Positions 63,701 to 64,000 of a stretch of 64,000 bases of DNA are shown in pieces. The translations under genes and the position numbers were made by a program. The notes beneath the pieces were generated by a model, which was not told the DNA's origin, did no database searches, and saw nothing but the letters and a program-made list of their open reading frames with translations. Origin of the DNA: Eledone cirrhosa (taxonomy: Eukaryota); NCBI GenBank assembly GCA_964016885.1, contig OZ024740.1:359848001-359912000 (forward strand), in the 5' to 3' direction. Within the stretch, counting starts at the first letter, position 1; each line of letters begins with the position of its first letter.

Positions 63701-64000
63701 TGTTGCCCAACGTGACCATTTAGGTCGCCTGCAATAATTATATAGTCACTGTCAGATATTTGGGGGGTAGTGAGCATCAGTGTCTCATAGAATCTGTCTT
63801 TTATAGTGCCGGGCAGTCCGGATTGGGGTGCGTACGCAGATATTACTGTCACCGTAGTTCTATTGAGGACAAGTCGTATTTTAATTATTCTGTCGTTCAC
63901 TCTATTTACGTCTATTATCTTATCCGCCCACTTTTCTGCTACCATGATTCCTACTCCACCCAGCCCATCGTCGTTTCCCACCCAGAAAAGCTTATAACAT
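60746..64000 (-). mobile_element. RTE-clade LINE with (GAT)n tail, continues beyond the window
   Basis: Uninterrupted ORF plus 3' UTR matching 4260-4692. Confidence 0.96.
61102..64000 (-). CDS. RTE ORF: APE + RT with embedded PHD-like finger (N-terminus outside the window)
   Basis: GGVGI, AYAPQ, GDLNGHVG, VDYIL, SQHRL, NYRGIKL, VDLEKAFDRVP, GVHQGSVLSPLLF, LYADD, FRYLGD, LRWYGHV. Confidence 0.96.
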   Translation of the reverse strand, partial: CYKLFWVGNDDGLGGVGIMVAEKWADKIIDVNRVNDRIIKIRLVLNRTTVTVISAYAPQSGLPGTIKDRFYETLMLTTPQISDSDYIIIAGDLNGHVGQHCDGYDEIHGGYGFGTRNEEGSRILEFCDANNLTICNTNFKKRDNHLITYRSGEHTSQVDYILTRRRDRVSVVNTKSLPHEECTSQHRLIISDLIVRSRRTRQQKRTILRRKIWKLKDPTAKNKFQNILLDAFDSKEEHLESDNIEGQWEFLKANLLLATDEVCGWSRPVGRRRVTWWWNSKVEESIKAKKQAWKVWRDGGSRVDYQVARREARREVYLARREAEERKFKHVLQRDDQKREVFRIARQCVKENRDIVGEKCVLNDDGILAITDTDKKAAWKCHYERLLNEENKWEKDSLPHVDPIEGPAVLVEGSIISKAIKDMKTGKAAGPSEIVAEMLKASGTVGHTMVTRIVNQVVQNGVVPKDWHSSIIVNCYKGKGDALDRSNYRGIKLIDQVMKVTEKVIAQLIRERIDLDEMQFGFVSGKSTTDALFIVRQLQEKYLAKGKPLYLAFVDLEKAFDRVPRSIIWWALRKLGVDEWLVRAIQAMYKETVSKVRINNEYSEEFSVKVGVHQGSVLSPLLFIIALQAITEEFKTGCPWELLYADDLTLIAESMAELEKKFQTWKHGLESKGLKINLAKTKVLVCRKENKAAVPSGKWSCSVCRKGVGRNSILCPKCKVWVHKRCSGITGKLTKNIDFTCGRCSGAISSSKCPQNTSSFNCADGSIEIVDSFRYLGDKISSGGGCSESTVARVRTGWKKFRELIPLLAAKGFSLKMKGRLYDACMRTAMLHGSETWALCAEDIRRLERNEACMLRWMCNSNIRERQSINELRKKLEIRGIRCCLLERRLRWYGHVMRTKVDSYITKCRAIKIDGSHGIGRPRKTWDELMNSDLTHLHLSKTMSLDRDLWRYSVTEKTRLASRHL

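Overview
Eukaryotic (metazoan), very AT-rich, repeat-dominated DNA. The SINE families, giant interrupted (TA)n tracts and LINE spectrum are consistent with an octopod cephalopod genome (inference). No intact host gene is recognisable, and almost all long ORFs in the track are artefacts of TA/TATG/TACA microsatellites. Real content: (i) 0-24 kb holds decayed SINEs, TTAA-flanked MITEs, RTE fragments, a Penelope-like GIY-YIG fragment, a GC-rich CRE-clade (RLE) retrotransposon with an N-terminal PHD finger, a CR1-group LINE nested in a MITE, and possibly exons of a decayed minus-strand host gene. (ii) 24-64 kb is a TA-microsatellite 'landing pad' carrying many insertions. The standout is a 5.5-copy tandem array of a 466-bp unit (24441-27014) in which each full unit encodes a type I hammerhead ribozyme with a palindromic stem III, a long bulged stem I and an upstream ATGCAAAT octamer. 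This is the architecture of a non-LTR retrozyme predicted to release 466-nt self-cleaved, circularisable RNAs. The window also contains further Penelope-type hammerhead motifs, a CR1-group LINE whose ORF2 appears to need -1 frameshifting (two in-phase slippery heptamers), a 944-bp tail-to-tail inverted LINE pair, an RTE with its bipartite non-autonomous derivative, and a non-autonomous Helitron.
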